DNA of 64,000 bases. It comes from Heptranchias perlo. Taxonomy: Eukaryota. The notes beneath the pieces were generated by a model. The model did not search any database, was not told the origin of the DNA, and saw only the letters and a list, made by a program, of their open reading frames with translations. This document shows, in pieces, positions 25,101-38,339 of the stretch (positions are counted from its first letter, which is position 1; every line of letters begins with the position of its first letter). The DNA lies in NCBI RefSeq assembly GCF_035084215.1, contig NC_090327.1, forward strand, positions 103,726,001-103,790,000, given 5' to 3'. A program made the translations under genes and the position numbers.

Positions 25101-27500
25101 TTCCTGGGATGGCAGGTCTGGCATATGAGGGGAGATTGGGTCGACTAGGCCCATATTCATTAGAGTTTAGAAGAATGAGAGGTGATCTCATTGAAACATA
25201 TAAAATTCTAACAGGACTAGACAGACTAGATGCAGGGAGGATGTTCCTGATGGCTGGGGAGTCCAGAACCAGGGGTCACAGTCTCAGGATACGGGGTATG
25301 CCATTTAGAACCGAGATGAGGGGAAATTTCTTCACTCGGAGGGTGGTGAACCTGTGAAATTCTCTACCACAGAAGGCAGTGGAGGCCAAGTCATTAGATG
25401 TATTCAAGAAGGAGATATTTATATTTCCTAATGCTGAAGGGATCAAGGGATATGGGGAAAAAGTGGGAACAGGGTACTGAATTGGATGATCAGCCATGAT
25501 CATTTTGAATGGCGGAGCAGGCCCGAAGGGCCGAATGGCCTACTCTTGCTCCTATTTTCTATTTTTCTATTCTTAAAGCCAAAAGAAAAGGTTTACATAA
25601 ATGTAAGGAAAAGTGGAAATCCAGGAGACCGGGAGAGCTATAAAAAATAACAAAGGGATACAAAGAAAGTAATAAGAGGTGCAAAAGGGAATATGCAAGA
25701 GATATCAGAGTTAACAGTAAAAGTTTTTTCTAAATTTATTGAACGAGAGTGGTAAGGAGGAACGTGGGCCCATTAAAGCTAGATGCAGGTTCGACTCTAA
25801 TAGATAATAAGGAAATGACAGACTTGTTAAATTAATATTTTGGATCCATTTTCACAGTAGAGGAAGAGGACAAAATACCAGCAGTACAAGGGAACCTAAA
25901 AATAAGTGAAAGGGAGCAATGTAGTGGATTTAATATAAGTTTAAAAAAATGATAATGGAGAAAATAATGGGTCTTAAGGTAAACAAATCTCCAGGACCTG
26001 ATGGTTTCCACCTTAAGGTATTAAAAGAAACAGGTGGGGTAATTGTAGAAGCATTAGACATAATTTTCCAAAGCTCTCTAGATCCGGGATTGTGCCTTTG
26101 GATTGATAAATAATGAAGTGACATTTGCAAGTTAAGACTGGAGAGAAAGAGAAACCAGGAAACTGCAAGCCTGTCAGTTTAACATCAGTGGTCAGGAAAT
26201 TACTGGAATCTATCTTCAGGGACAGAGTAACTAAGCATTTGAACAAGTATGAGCTGATCAAAGTGAGTCAGGATGGATTTGTGATGGGCAGGTCATCTAG
26301 TTGAATGTTTTGATGAGGTCACCAACAAGATGGTCAGGGGACTGTCTCCAGAAGATGTCTATTTGGACTTCCAGAAGACATTTGATTAAGTTCCACACAA
26401 GAGATTACTAGCAAAAATAAGAGTGCATGGAATTGGAGGTAACCTTTGAACATGGATTGATAATTGGTTGGGAGGTCGAGGACAGAGAGTAGGGATAAAG
26501 GGAAAGTACACAGATTGGAGGAATGTGACAAGTGGTGTTCCCCAGGGATCTGTTCTGGGGCCTTGGCTTTTCACCTTATATATCAATGACTTGGATGAAG
26601 GAATAGAGAGTGGTATATTAGCTTGCAGATAACATTAGAAGCAACAGTAAATTATGTAGATGGGAGCAGGACGTTACAAAGAGACATAGACTGATTAAAT
26701 GAGTGGGCAGATGGAGTTCAATGTGGGGAAATGTGAGGTAATCCATTTTGACTCCAAGAAAGGCAAATCAGAATATTTTCTTAATGGCGAGAGACTAGAA
26801 ACTGTGGAGGAGTAAAGGGCTTTGGGTGTCTCGGTACACAAATCACTAAAAAAAAAATCAAAAATGCCAATGTAATATTGTTTTTTATCTCAAGAGGGTT
26901 GGAATACAAAGGAGAAGAAGTTACGCTTCAGTTGTACACTGTCTTGGTCAGATCCTGTATTGCATTCAGTCCTGGGCACCGCATCTCAGGAAGGATATAT
27001 TGATCTTGGAGGGGGTCCAGCGCAGACCTACCAAAATCATACTTGGGCTTGAAGGGTTAAATTGTGAGGACATTTTGCATCAACTTGGGTTGTATTCCCT
27101 TGAGTTTAGAAGGTTGAGTGTTGTTCTACTTGAGGTGTTGAAAATGACAAAAGGATTTGATAAAGTAGATACAGAGAAGCTATTTCCTCTGGTGGGGGAG
27201 TCCAGAACAAGGGCACACAAAATTAGAGCTGGCCATTGAGCACTAAAATCAGGAACCTTTTTTTCCACAAAAGGGGTAAAGGGGTAGTGCGAATCCAGAA
27301 TTCTCTCCCTCAAAAGGCTGTGGATGCTGGGACAATTGGAGCTTTCAAGGCTGAGATAGATAGATTTTTATTAGACAAGGGTATCAAGGGATATGGATTA
27401 AAGGAGGGCAATGGAGTTGAGGTACAGATCAGCAATGATCTAATTAAATAGAGGAACAGACTCGAGGGGCTCAATGGTCTATTACTGTTCCAATGTTCCC
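22140..27500 (+). mobile_element. Old, heavily decayed CR1 ORF2 (22140-22574 and 25574-27500), split by a nested CR1
   Basis: APE/linker-like sequence ending ...ccatggtcaacaaacagggtaaaagat continues after 25573 as aaagccaaaagaaaagg.... RT remnants (ggtgttccccagggatctgttctgggg) and a CR1 3' UTR near 27400-27500. Confidence 0.8.
22575..25573 (+). mobile_element. CR1 LINE (ORF1 end, ORF2 APE-RT, 3' UTR) with internal deletions, nested in an older CR1
   Basis: ORF1 end RTGTNVLAGVFASAVGEGLN*. ORF2 22776-25357 has ITETW, GDFN, SDH and FADD, but lacks the LDFQKAFDKVPH and VPQGSVLGP segments present in sister copies. Confidence 0.93.
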
Positions 27501-28789
27501 TATTCTCCCCCACCAAGCCGTACTTCTGCATGCCACCTCTCCCAATCTTCCCCTCCCCAATCTCTCTGTTTCCCTCTCCCCCCTCATTTGCCTTCTCCCT
27601 CTCCCCATCCAATATCTCCCACACCCCCTTATCCTTCTGTCCTGAATACTGCACTTGGACTTGGCTCTCCATGTGCAACACCCCTGGATGTCACCTAGTT
27701 TTCAAGAAAAAACAGCAAACTGATTATTTCAATATTTTGTAAAACCTATATTCCTCTTCATCATTCTCTGTAAGCTAGACCCATTTAAACAAGGCAACCT
27801 CCCTAACTTCTCATTTGTAGAATGGTACCTACCAGTTAATAATCGAGTGAGAGAAATTGGGCAGCGATCACGTAAATTTAAGCCAATCTGGCATAAAAAA
27901 CTCGCACATCTGAGGGCTTCATTTTAAATAATCAATCTTATGGAAATTAGACTTAAAGAAATTTGGCACAAAATTCCATTCTTTCTGACTGTTAGGAGAC
28001 ATGAGTAAGAAAGGGTTAAAAAATATTTTAAATGAACAGTAGCAGTTGAACCAACAGAATCTCATGCTTTTACTTAACCTACTGGAATGCAAAGGCTGGA
28101 GACCCCAGGGCAAGATAAGCACCTGCATGCTTATCCAGCAGGAAAGAACCCATACATAGTACTGCAAGTCTCACTGTGTGAGACTTAATGAAGTGGGTCC
28201 AGTGACCTTGAATGAGGAAGATAAGGAGTATGGGAAAGTGAAGGGAAATAGCATTCAATCAATAGTGTAACTTTACCCATTGTTCATATATATTGTAGTT
28301 TAGATAGGCAGCTGCATGCCTTATGAGGACATTTAAATTAGTGATTTGTAGCTCAGAAAGGTATCAGGACTTTGCATTCAACCCGGGAAGCTCAAGTGCT
28401 ATTTACTCGATAGACCTCGTTTCCCAGAATCAGGTTCCCCTGATTTTGTAAGTACTTTACCTTATTTGATGGATTAAACTTTGAATAAGTAAAACTTTGC
28501 TTGTGTGCATATTTTCTTACCATCATTGAGTGATCTCACCTAAAGCTAGCTAGCTAAAATGACAGGATCATGCAGCACACATATTCCGTCCATATATAAA
28601 GTAAGAGGTCAGAAAGTTACAGCCCTTCAGCAAGTGGCTTCTTAAAGAGGGAGAATAATATTTTTAGTTGCTACAGCAAAAATTGATGAAATAGCTTTAA
28701 GTGCTTCTTTTTTGGGAGGCAGATGAAAGAAGGAATGTGAGGGACATTCACTTACAACAGAGGCCTATTGGCCATCTCTCTCCATTACC

Positions 28790-28980
28790 CACACAGCCTT
28801 CACAGGCTGTGCTTTACAAGGGACACAGTGACAGAATTGCAGTGAACCTCCATCACAAGGACAGGACTGTTAGTGGCAGTCAAGATCACCATTGTCCTGA
28901 ATTTTTATGCCTCTGGTAGCTCCCAATCTACTTCAGGGGACATCTGCAACATTAGCTAATACTCAGTGCACAGATGCAAG
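28790..28980 (+). mobile_element. Harbinger (HARBI1-like DDE) transposase N-terminal fragment
   Basis: Translates to LHRLCFTRDTVTELQ and LVAVKITIVLNFYASGSSQSTSGDICNIS*YSVHRC. Homologous to ORF 54770-55198(-) in this window. Confidence 0.65.
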
Positions 28981-30572
28981 TCACTGGGGTCAATTGTTAG
29001 TTGAGGTGCACAATAGGCAGTCCCTGGGCAGAGTTACACAATAATTACACTAATTATTTTTGCTCCTCATATTTGACCCTTTACCTTTAAATGACCACTT
29101 CTCATTAGCTAGCTGCTGCAGTCCTAGACATTGCTGCAGCAGTGTACAAAATCCCACCTCCCCACTGTGCAACATCCTAGCACTACTCATATTTCAGATA
29201 CACAGCTCATACTGAATATTAAAATTAGCACAAGCCAGAGGTTAGCAGGTGATTGGCAGATGCAAAGACTGCATTACACCATTTCTGCACACATCGTAGA
29301 AATTCCATCTTATGTTGCCAATTTATATAGCCACTATTGTCAAGGCAAATAGAATATTAAGATATATTAGTATATCTACGGCGTATAGGTGCCAATATTG
29401 ACACTCTCTAAAGCAACGGGGAGAGCACATTGGGAATACTTTGTCTAGTTCTGGTTGTCATACATTGGAAAAGATTTCCCAGCCAGCACTCCCTGCGAAT
29501 GCCATCCTGCACTAGCAATGTCCGACCATTTAATCAGACCTTTGACGCCAGCTATCGGACTCAAAGGAATGCAATGTAGGTACAGCTGAGTAGTTCACTG
29601 CATTTAATATGGACTGGAGGGACATGAACTGCAGGCGACTTTGTAAAGTATTTACTCTGCCACTGAAATGATTGAAGCTGCGACTGAATTGTTAGTTAAT
29701 TCATAATTTACTAATTAATAAGTTAATTCATTGACACATCTGAGTAATTCATTTCATTCATTTATATAAGGTTAAATTCCATAATTCCATCGGGGAGCCA
29801 TGCTAACGGATTTTGTGGGTCGGAGATAGGACTACAACACTGTAGCGCTGATTCTCCAAACCTGTGCTCCCTTTGCATGCAACTGTCGGATGAGAGTGCA
29901 GGATTGAGCAACATACCCTATAATTTTTGAAACTAATACGTGTATCTTCAATCCCCCATTTATCACCATTCTCTCCATATCAAAAACAACCAACTGTAAG
30001 TTCGACAACATTCTTACCTTAAAGAGAATGGCCATAAATGGATTTCAATTTTCAAAGAACGTTTAATTTCTAGAAAAAATGAGTTAAATAAACGAGTGAC
30101 TCACACACACAAACAAATGAGTTGCTTCTTCTGGAATATGCATGTCATTATCGTCTTATAAATACTGAGGATCATAAAATCACCGACAGTTGATGTCCAT
30201 TCACTCTGCATTAACATTGCTGTAAGTACAAAGAGCAGCCCATCAACGCCATCCCCTTCTGACATCAGTGACCCACTCCCCAATCATGCAAATCTCCTAA
30301 GAGACCTGAATAAAAACATAGGAAAAAATTAGGAGCCCAATTTAGGGAAAACTCTGGGAAATTCCCCTCCAACTCCACAAGACAATCAGGCAAGGCTCCA
30401 CGAGACCCATAATTCCTTCTAACCCCAGCTAATCCCTAATTTGTCGTCTATAACTGAAAATGTCTTTCTGTTTCGGGGACTTGTTGAGCTTCCTTTTGAG
30501 GGGCCACATGGAATCTATACTACTCGTAGTAATCTGTCCAGATGGTGCTGTCTCTCTGTGAAAAGACAATGA

Positions 30573-33285
30573 GGGTTATATTGGATAACCCCCGAAAACG
30601 GGCGTTGGGATTGCGCTGCACGATTAACTCGTGCCCGTTCGTTGAGATGCAGGCAGCACGTAACATTTGTGCTGCCTGATGATTTCAATGATTGCTGCGT
30701 GCACCCAGGGCTCTCTGCGCTATTGATTGGCTGCACGCACCAGCAGGGGGCCCTGATGTCAGGAGTGGTTAGCACTACTTAAAGGCAGCCTGTACCTCTT
30801 AAAGGAGAGGTGCACCGTGGCTGCAGGAAGTCCAATGCAAAGTAAATCTGTGCTGGAATATAGTGAACAATGGCTGCGCCTGCACCAAGGTTCTCAGATC
30901 ATGCACTGGAGGCCTTGGTGGAAGAGGTGGACAGAAGGAGGGACATCCTATATCCGCAGGGGGACAAGAGGTCCTCCAGACATATGCTCAATAGGCAATG
31001 GGAGGAAGTAGCGGATGCATATGCCAGGAGCAGAGCGCCAAGAACATGGATACAGTGCAGGAAGAAGTTCAATGATTTGACACGAGTGGTCAAGGTGAGT
31101 GAGTTCAGCTTTCAAGTGGCATCTCTTACTAACTGCACCACGAGCTGCATCCACTGCTCCGCACTCCCCTCCTCACCCACATACCAACAAACTCTTTCAA
31201 TCAGTAATCAGCTCTTCAAATCAGATGCTTGATCTCACCCTCACACATTACCACTGTTGCAAGCCACACACCCACAACTCACAGATCACACATACTGGCA
31301 GCTATTCAACCATGACAGCCACATCACCCAAACATCTTGTCCTAACACCCATGGAGGAGATAATGCTGTCCATCATTGGAAGAGCCATCGCTGAGGCCGT
31401 GGCCACTGGCGACGCTGGAGGGATCGATGGTGAGGGTCTCTGCTTACCGAATCCTCCTTCTTGTTTCACACATCTCCCTTATCCCACAATCTTTTCTGAC
31501 TCACGTGCTGCAGATGGTGTGAGCAAATCTTACTTTCTCCTCTCCCCTCACCACAACTCAACCCGTGTCCCTTTGTCATTTCAGATACGCAAGAACTGGA
31601 ACCTATCCAATCAGGGGAGGCAGAGGAAGACGACGGTGATGATGAAGACACACGGTTACTCGATCTTACACTCACAGCAACCAGCTCAGAGACCGAAATT
31701 GCGCTTAGTTTAGAGGCTAGGATAGAGGAGGGATCTGCACGTGGTGAAACACCAGGCACAAGTGCACAGGAGCCAGGGTGGAGGGAACGGATATTGCAGG
31801 TGCCAGCTTGCCGGAGGGTGAGGTCACACACTAATTCTGCTGCCGAGGAGTCAGATGATGACTTCGATGGGCCAGGCTGCAGAAGAAGGCTGATGGGCGT
31901 ATACAACCAAATGTTTGGTGCACTGGAAAGCCTGCACACAATGTCAAGGGGCATGGAGGAGTCCAGCTCCAACTTGGCACAGGGCTTTGCACAGAGCTTG
32001 GAGCCATCCTTTCCCACATGGAACAGGTGGTCACATCCATCAGCACACCTGTGGAACCCACCGTGATACAACGTCTGATGGCCGATATCATAGCTTTCAT
32101 TGCAGCACAAACATCTGCCATCAAAGGTCTGCCTTGGAAGCTCAGACTGCTATCATGGCTCTGGGTATCACTGTTGAAAGGGGCTTCCAGGGCATCACAG
32201 CAGTCCAGCAATCTGTTCTCCAGCAGATCACCAGGATTGCTGAGACGCTGCTCCGGGAGAGTGGCAGTGGTGCCATAGAACAGGAACATGCTGTCCTCTC
32301 TCAGGATGACAGCATTCCCGATCCCACCCCTGCCACTCTGCCAGTGCCCTTGCTGTTGCCTGTCAGCCAGCCAGGCCAGACTGCTGCAGCCCAGGCCAAG
32401 ATGGTGCAGTCTGAAGCCGGGCCCTCTTGGCCCGGAGCTGCACGAGGTCGTCCTCCAAGGTCATCTGCACGTTCCTCAATTGAAGGCCAACAGCCTCCCA
32501 CCACCCATGCTCCAGGCACTGGGGATGCACCTTAGAGGAGCACTAGGAATGGTAAAGGGATAAGAATGTTAGGCACTAAGGGAATGCACAAGAGTGAATA
32601 GTATCATTTTGTTTGCATAATTTCATGTGTTAATTTATAAATTAGATTTGACTTTGCATTTGGTGGTGGTTTTTATTTCTGCGATGAGCTGAGGGAGGAA
32701 GCAATGTGTAATCATAAGGAGGACGATTTGATGGTCGCTGAGCGAGGAAAGGTGAGGAGTGTGGGACTGTTGGTGAATGGAGAGGTGTCGTTGAGGTTAT
32801 TGGTCTCACTCATTAATAATCTGATCACGCAGAGCCCTGGCAGAAAGGGCCTGTCTAGCCTTCCTGCCTCTTCCTCCACTTTTGATACATTTCCTCCTCC
32901 TCCTCTTCCACCTCTTCCTCCATCTCTTCCACCTTTTCCTCCTCTTCCTCTTGCTCAGGTTCTCGCCTGATAGGCGGTGGTAAGGGCTGTTCCCTCATAA
33001 TGGCGAGGTTCTGCAGCATGTAACATACAACAACAAATTTTGATAACCGTTAGCTGAGTACTGCAGGGCTCCTCCAGAGCGATGCAGGCAGCGGAAGTGT
33101 TACTTGAGGATGCCTATGATATGCAATTCTCTTAACTCAACTTCAGCGATGACCAGTGCATCCGACGGTTGCATTTCACTAAAGAGGTTGTGACTGAAAT
33201 TTGTCAACAACTGCAGCCTCAGAGGGCAAGGGCAGGTTTTCTTGTGGCTGTCAAGGTAATTGTGGCACTTAATTTTTTTTTTTGC
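30573..33285. mobile_element. Decayed Harbinger/PIF transposon: intron-containing Myb/SANT-like gene (+) convergent with a DDE transposase remnant
   Basis: ORF 30870 APRFSDHALEALVEEV...QWEEVA...RTWIQCRKKFNDLTRVVK|gtgagt (donor 31095). Later donor at 31430 and acceptor tttcag at 31584. Minus strand 32970-33120 gives IIGILK*HFRCLHRSGGALQYS and an acidic tail. Confidence 0.85.
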
Positions 33286-33299
33286 ATTTGAACAGGTAA

Positions 33300-33630
33300 A
33301 GGGATTAAACAGAACTTTGCACATTTTTAAATCTGCCACACAGTACAGGAGTGTTTTGATTTTTTTTCATTTAATCAATTTCAGTGAATCAACAAGCACT
33401 GATACAACTGATATTGAACTTGCTGCATTATATTAAATGGACTTTCATTCCTTATTAAATCTGTTGTTCTGTGAAGTGTCTGCTATTGATCAATTTTAAT
33501 GGATCTATAAGGAGTAACTAATATTGATTTTGCAGCATTGGATTAAACAGAACTTCACCGTGTTAAATCTGCTGAGCTGTGAAGTGTCTGCTATTGATCA
33601 ATTTCAATGAACGAGTAAGCACTAGAAATG
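33300..33630. repeat. Degenerate tandem repeat, about 3 units of about 110-130 bp
   Basis: ggattaaacagaact at 33302 and 33540, with a variant at about 33431. ctgtgaagtgtctgctattgatcaattt at 33469 and 33577. Confidence 0.75.
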
Positions 33631-34297
33631 AATATATAGTCATTTCAAATTGAACAATTTGCTGTGAGTGTCTGGCTGCCTCCAACAATAAAGCTGTTCA
33701 GAATATATTGGTAGCATTAGTTCAGTTTTTGCTCATACTGTACTGTTTTTAAATGGGCTTCACATACACTTCATTACAACACCTTTCTTGTTACTTCACT
33801 TTTCTTGTTCCAACAGTTTCCTCGTTACACTTTGATGCAATATTTCCTTGGTTCTCAATACATTGAGGGGGCAGTATTTCAGGGTGATTGATGTGTATAA
33901 TTAGAAACTAGTTTGCCACTTCCCTAATCCAGTGGAGGCCAAACTTCAGGCAGAATGTGGTTGGCTCACGAGCCCTGACAATCCAGCCCACAAAATTTGG
34001 GCAATTTAGTTTTGTTCTCACTCGTTGGTTTGGGGACTGGAGGTTTGGTGAAGGCTGTTCTTAACACCGTTGTCCATTGGAGAATAAATTCTAAATTAGG
34101 ACACCAAGATCTGTTTGTATCAGCAACTTTAGATATACACAAATTACTGGGAATATTGATGTAAACTTCATAACCTCAATTTTACAAGATAGGCAAAAGT
34201 AGACTAGTGTTGGCCCAATGTGCAGACGCACCTCTGTCCATATTACACTGTAAATAATTTAACAACACCAAGTTATAGTCCAGCAATTTTATTTTAA

Positions 34298-34338
34298 ATT
34301 CACAAGCTTTCGGAGGCTTCCTCCTTCGTCAGGTAAAT
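34298..34338 (-). ncRNA. Minimal type-I hammerhead ribozyme (inverted pLTR copy; sense to PDE1C)
   Basis: Exact reverse complement of 38570-38610. Confidence 0.75.
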
Positions 34339-35503
34339 GTTCAGGAGCTCCTTGAAGCCTACGCATTTATACATCACAGAACAATACATGGTGTTTACAG
34401 ACTGCCCCTGCAACTGCCCGTTGCCAAGGCAATCACCGTGTTCAGACAGAGAGGTGTCACCTGCAGAACCCCCGAATACACATTCAACAAAAAAACAAAC
34501 AGGAAAAAAAAACAGAGAGAGGCAGAAACATCCGGAAGGCAGAGAAAGCCAGCAAATGACCCATTATATTAAAAACAGATAACATTTGTTCGCTGGTGGG
34601 GTAACGTGTAGCGTGACATGAACCCAAGATCCCGGTTGAGGCCGTCCTCATGGGTGCGGAACTTGGCTATCAATTTCTGCTCGACGATTTTGCGTTGTCG
34701 TGTGTCTCGAAGGCCGCCTTGGAGTACGCTTACCCGAAGGTCGGTGGATGAATGTCCATGACTGCTGAAGTGTTCCCCGACTGGGAGGGAACCCTCCTGT
34801 TTGGCGATTGTTGCGCGGTGTCCGTTCATCCGTTGTCGCAGCGTCTGCATGGTCTCGCCAATGTACCATGCTCTGGGGCATCCTTTCCTGCAACGTATGA
34901 GGTAGACAACGTTGGCCGAGTCACAGGAGTATGAACCATGCACCTGGTGGGTGGTGTCCTCTCGTGTGATGGTGGTATCTGTGTCGATGATCTGGCATGT
35001 CTTGCAGAGGTTACCGTGGCAGGGTTGTGTGGTGTCGTGGACGCTGTTCTCTTGAAAGCTAGGTAATTTGCTGCGAACGATGGTCTGTTTGAGGTTGGGT
35101 GGCTGTTTAAAGGCGAGTAGTGGAGGTGTGGGGATGGCCATAGCGAGGTGTTTGTCCTCATTGATGACATGTTGAAGGCTGCGGAGAACATGGCGTAGTT
35201 TCTCCGCTCCGGGGAAGTACTGGACGACAAAGGGTACTCTGTTGGTTGCGTCCCGTGTTGGTCTCCTGAGGAGGTCTATGCGATTTTTTGCTGTGGCCCG
35301 TCGGAACTGTCGATCGATGAGTCGAGCGTCATATCCCGTTCTTACTAGGGCGTCTTTCAGCGTCTGTAGGTGTCCATCGCGTTCACACCTCTCTGTCTGA
35401 ACACGGTGATTGCCTTGGCAACGGGCAGTTGCAGGGGCAGTCTGTAAACACCATGTATTGTTCTGTGATGTATAAATGCGTAGGCTTCAAGGAGCTCCTG
35501 AAC

Positions 35504-35544
35504 ATTTACCTGACGAAGGAGGAAGCCTCCGAAAGCTTGTGAAT
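35504..35544 (+). ncRNA. Minimal type-I hammerhead ribozyme in the 5' pLTR
   Basis: Stem I AUUUAC/GUGAAU; core CUGACGA; stem II GGAGG-aag-CCUCC; GAAA; palindromic AAGCUU in place of stem III; NUH site CUU. Minimal hammerheads are an established feature of PLE pLTRs. Confidence 0.8.
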
Positions 35545-35630
35545 TTAAAATAAAATTGCTGGACTATAACTTGGTGTTGTAAAATTGTTTACAATTGTCA
35601 ACCCCAGTCCATCACCGGCATCTCCACATC

Positions 35631-38339
35631 ATGACTACCATCGACACCACAAACTGCCGGCTCACAGTGGAAAGGATATCCAAGAAGATCGCGCATTTAG
35701 ACACAGACATCAAGTTTTTACAGAGCTGCAAGAAAGCAGACAAGATCCCGAAAGGACTCCAGATCACGAACCCACTCAGGTCCACATACAACTCGGATTA
35801 CGCTGAGAGACTCTGCCGCCGTACCTCTCGCACACTCCGCAACCATCTCATACACCAACTCTACAGCAGACGCCACAACCTCGAAACCAAGATAGAGTCC
35901 ATACTCTCAACCTGTACTCAGGACATAGCAGACCAGCTACGTTATACCGCCAAACAGACGAGGCAACGGAACTACGCTGCCTACATGAAAACCAAGAGCA
36001 GGAAGCTTGAGAAACTCGGCATCACCACCAGCAACGACCAAGCTTCCCCTGGTACCACGGTTGCAACCACAGGGAAGTCTATTGTCAATTTATCCGACCA
36101 CACCCTTCAAGCAGACGAAATCGAAGTTCTCAGCCGAGGGCTCAATTTCTGCCCCACTACCAAAATGGATCCCACTAGTCTCGCGGCGGACACAGAGGAA
36201 TTCATCAGGAGAATGAGGCTCCGGGAATTCTACCACAAACCCCAAGATTTCAGCAGCGAACCCAATGAGACAATCGACGATCCGGAACAGCAGACAGAGG
36301 GATCCGCAGTACAGCAACCGAAGAGGAAAGAGTCAAACTGGACTCCTCCGGAGGGTCGCTGCCCTCAGCTGGACATGTATGCTCAAGCTGTCAGGAAATG
36401 CGTCAATGCCAGATTCATCAGCCGCACTCAGAAGACAGTCCAGAATATCACCCGAGCACAACGCAACGCCATCAACGCTCTCAAGACCAACCGCAACATC
36501 GTCATCAAACCAGCGGACAAAGGAGGAGCCATAGTCATACAGAACAGAACAGACTATTGCAAAGAAGCATACCGACAACTGGACAACCAGGAACACTACA
36601 GACGGTTACCCGCAGATCCGACCAAAGAACACACCCACCAGCTCAACAAACTGATCAAGACCTTCGATCCAGACCTTCAAAGCATCCTATGCACTCTCAT
36701 CCCACGTGATCCCCGCGTGGGAGACTTCTACTGCCTCCCAAAGATACACAAAGCCAACACACCCGGACGTCCCATCGTATCAGGCAACGGAACCCTGTGT
36801 GAGAACCTCTCTGGATACATCGAGGGCATCCTGAAACCCATCGTACAGGGAACCCCCAGCTTCTGTCGCGACACTACAGACTTCCTACAAAAACTCAGTA
36901 CCCACGGACCAGTTGAACCAGGAACACTTCTCACCACGATGGACGTCTCGGCACTCTACACCAGTATCCCCCACGATGACGGCATCGCTGCGACAGCATC
37001 AATACTCAACACCAACAACAGCCAATCTCCGGAAGCCATCCTACAACTCATCCGCTTCATCCTGGATCACAATGTCTTCACCTTCGATAACCAGTTCTTT
37101 ACCCAAACACACGGAACAGCCATGGGGACCAAATTCGCACCCCAATACGCCAACATTTTCATGCACAAGTTCGAGCAGGACTTCTTCACTGCACAAGACC
37201 TCCAACCAACACTATACACCAGATACATCGACGACATTTTCTTTCTATGGACCCACGGCAAGGAATCACTAAAGAGACTACACGATAACATCAACAAGTT
37301 CCATCCCACCATCAAGCTCACCATGGACTACTCCTCAGAATCAGTTTCTTTCTTGGACACACGAATCTCCATCAAAGACGGGCACCTCAGCACCTCACTC
37401 TACCGCAAGCCCACGGACAACCTCACGATGCTCCACTTTTCCAGCTTCCACCCTAACCACGTCAAAGAGGCCATCCCCTATGGACAGGCCCTGCGAATAC
37501 ACAGGGTCTGCTCAGACGAGGAGGAACGCGATGGACACCTACAGACGCTGAAAGACGCCCTAGTAAGAACGGGATATGACGCTCGACTCATCGATCGACA
37601 GTTCCGACGGGCCACAGCAAAAAATCGCATAGACCTCCTCAGGAGACCAACACGGGACGCAACCAACAGAGTACCCTTTGTCGTCCAGTACTTCCCCGGA
37701 GCGGAGAAACTACGCCATGTTCTCCGCAGCCTTCAACATGTCATCAATGAGGACAAACACCTCGCTATGGCCATCCCCACACCTCCACTACTCGCCTTTA
37801 AACAGCCACCCAACCTCAAACAGACCATCGTTCGCAGCAAATTACCTAGCTTTCAAGAGAACAGCGTCCACGACACCACACAACCCTGCCACGGTAACCT
37901 CTGCAAGACATGCCAGATCATCGACACAGATACCACCATCACACGAGAGGACACCACCCACCAGGTGCATGGTTCATACTCCTGTGACTCGGCCAACGTT
38001 GTCTACCTCATACGTTGCAGGAAAGGATGCCCCAGAGCATGGTACATTGGCGAGACCATGCAGACGCTGCGACAACGGATGAACGGACACCGCGCAACAA
38101 TCGCCAAACAGGAGGGTTCCCTCCCAGTCGGGGAACACTTCAGCAGTCATGGACATTCATCCACCGACCTTCGGGTAAGCGTACTCCAAGGCGGCCTTCG
38201 AGACACACGACAACGCAAAATCGTCGAGCAGAAATTGATAGCCAAGTTCCGCACCCATGAGGACGGCCTCAACCGGGATCTTGGGTTCATGTCACGCTAC
38301 ACGTTACCCCACCAGCGAACAAATGTTATCTGTTTTTAA
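35631..38339 (+). CDS. Penelope-like element protein: reverse transcriptase + Cys linker + GIY-YIG endonuclease (902 aa from the ATG)
   Basis: Uninterrupted ORF. PLE RT motifs KPADKG, LPKIHK, GRPIVS, MDVSALYTSIP, GTAMG and RYIDD. Linker PCHGNLCKTC is Neptune-like. NVVYLIRC...YIGET with conserved His residues. Confidence 0.96.
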   Translation: MTTIDTTNCRLTVERISKKIAHLDTDIKFLQSCKKADKIPKGLQITNPLRSTYNSDYAERLCRRTSRTLRNHLIHQLYSRRHNLETKIESILSTCTQDIADQLRYTAKQTRQRNYAAYMKTKSRKLEKLGITTSNDQASPGTTVATTGKSIVNLSDHTLQADEIEVLSRGLNFCPTTKMDPTSLAADTEEFIRRMRLREFYHKPQDFSSEPNETIDDPEQQTEGSAVQQPKRKESNWTPPEGRCPQLDMYAQAVRKCVNARFISRTQKTVQNITRAQRNAINALKTNRNIVIKPADKGGAIVIQNRTDYCKEAYRQLDNQEHYRRLPADPTKEHTHQLNKLIKTFDPDLQSILCTLIPRDPRVGDFYCLPKIHKANTPGRPIVSGNGTLCENLSGYIEGILKPIVQGTPSFCRDTTDFLQKLSTHGPVEPGTLLTTMDVSALYTSIPHDDGIAATASILNTNNSQSPEAILQLIRFILDHNVFTFDNQFFTQTHGTAMGTKFAPQYANIFMHKFEQDFFTAQDLQPTLYTRYIDDIFFLWTHGKESLKRLHDNINKFHPTIKLTMDYSSESVSFLDTRISIKDGHLSTSLYRKPTDNLTMLHFSSFHPNHVKEAIPYGQALRIHRVCSDEEERDGHLQTLKDALVRTGYDARLIDRQFRRATAKNRIDLLRRPTRDATNRVPFVVQYFPGAEKLRHVLRSLQHVINEDKHLAMAIPTPPLLAFKQPPNLKQTIVRSKLPSFQENSVHDTTQPCHGNLCKTCQIIDTDTTITREDTTHQVHGSYSCDSANVVYLIRCRKGCPRAWYIGETMQTLRQRMNGHRATIAKQEGSLPVGEHFSSHGHSSTDLRVSVLQGGLRDTRQRKIVEQKLIAKFRTHEDGLNRDLGFMSRYTLPHQRTNVICF

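Noticed and set aside
34569-35141. Standalone 190-aa GIY-YIG nuclease gene on the minus strand
   Set aside because: It is an exact inverted copy of the Penelope ORF 3' end, with no evidence of independent expression.
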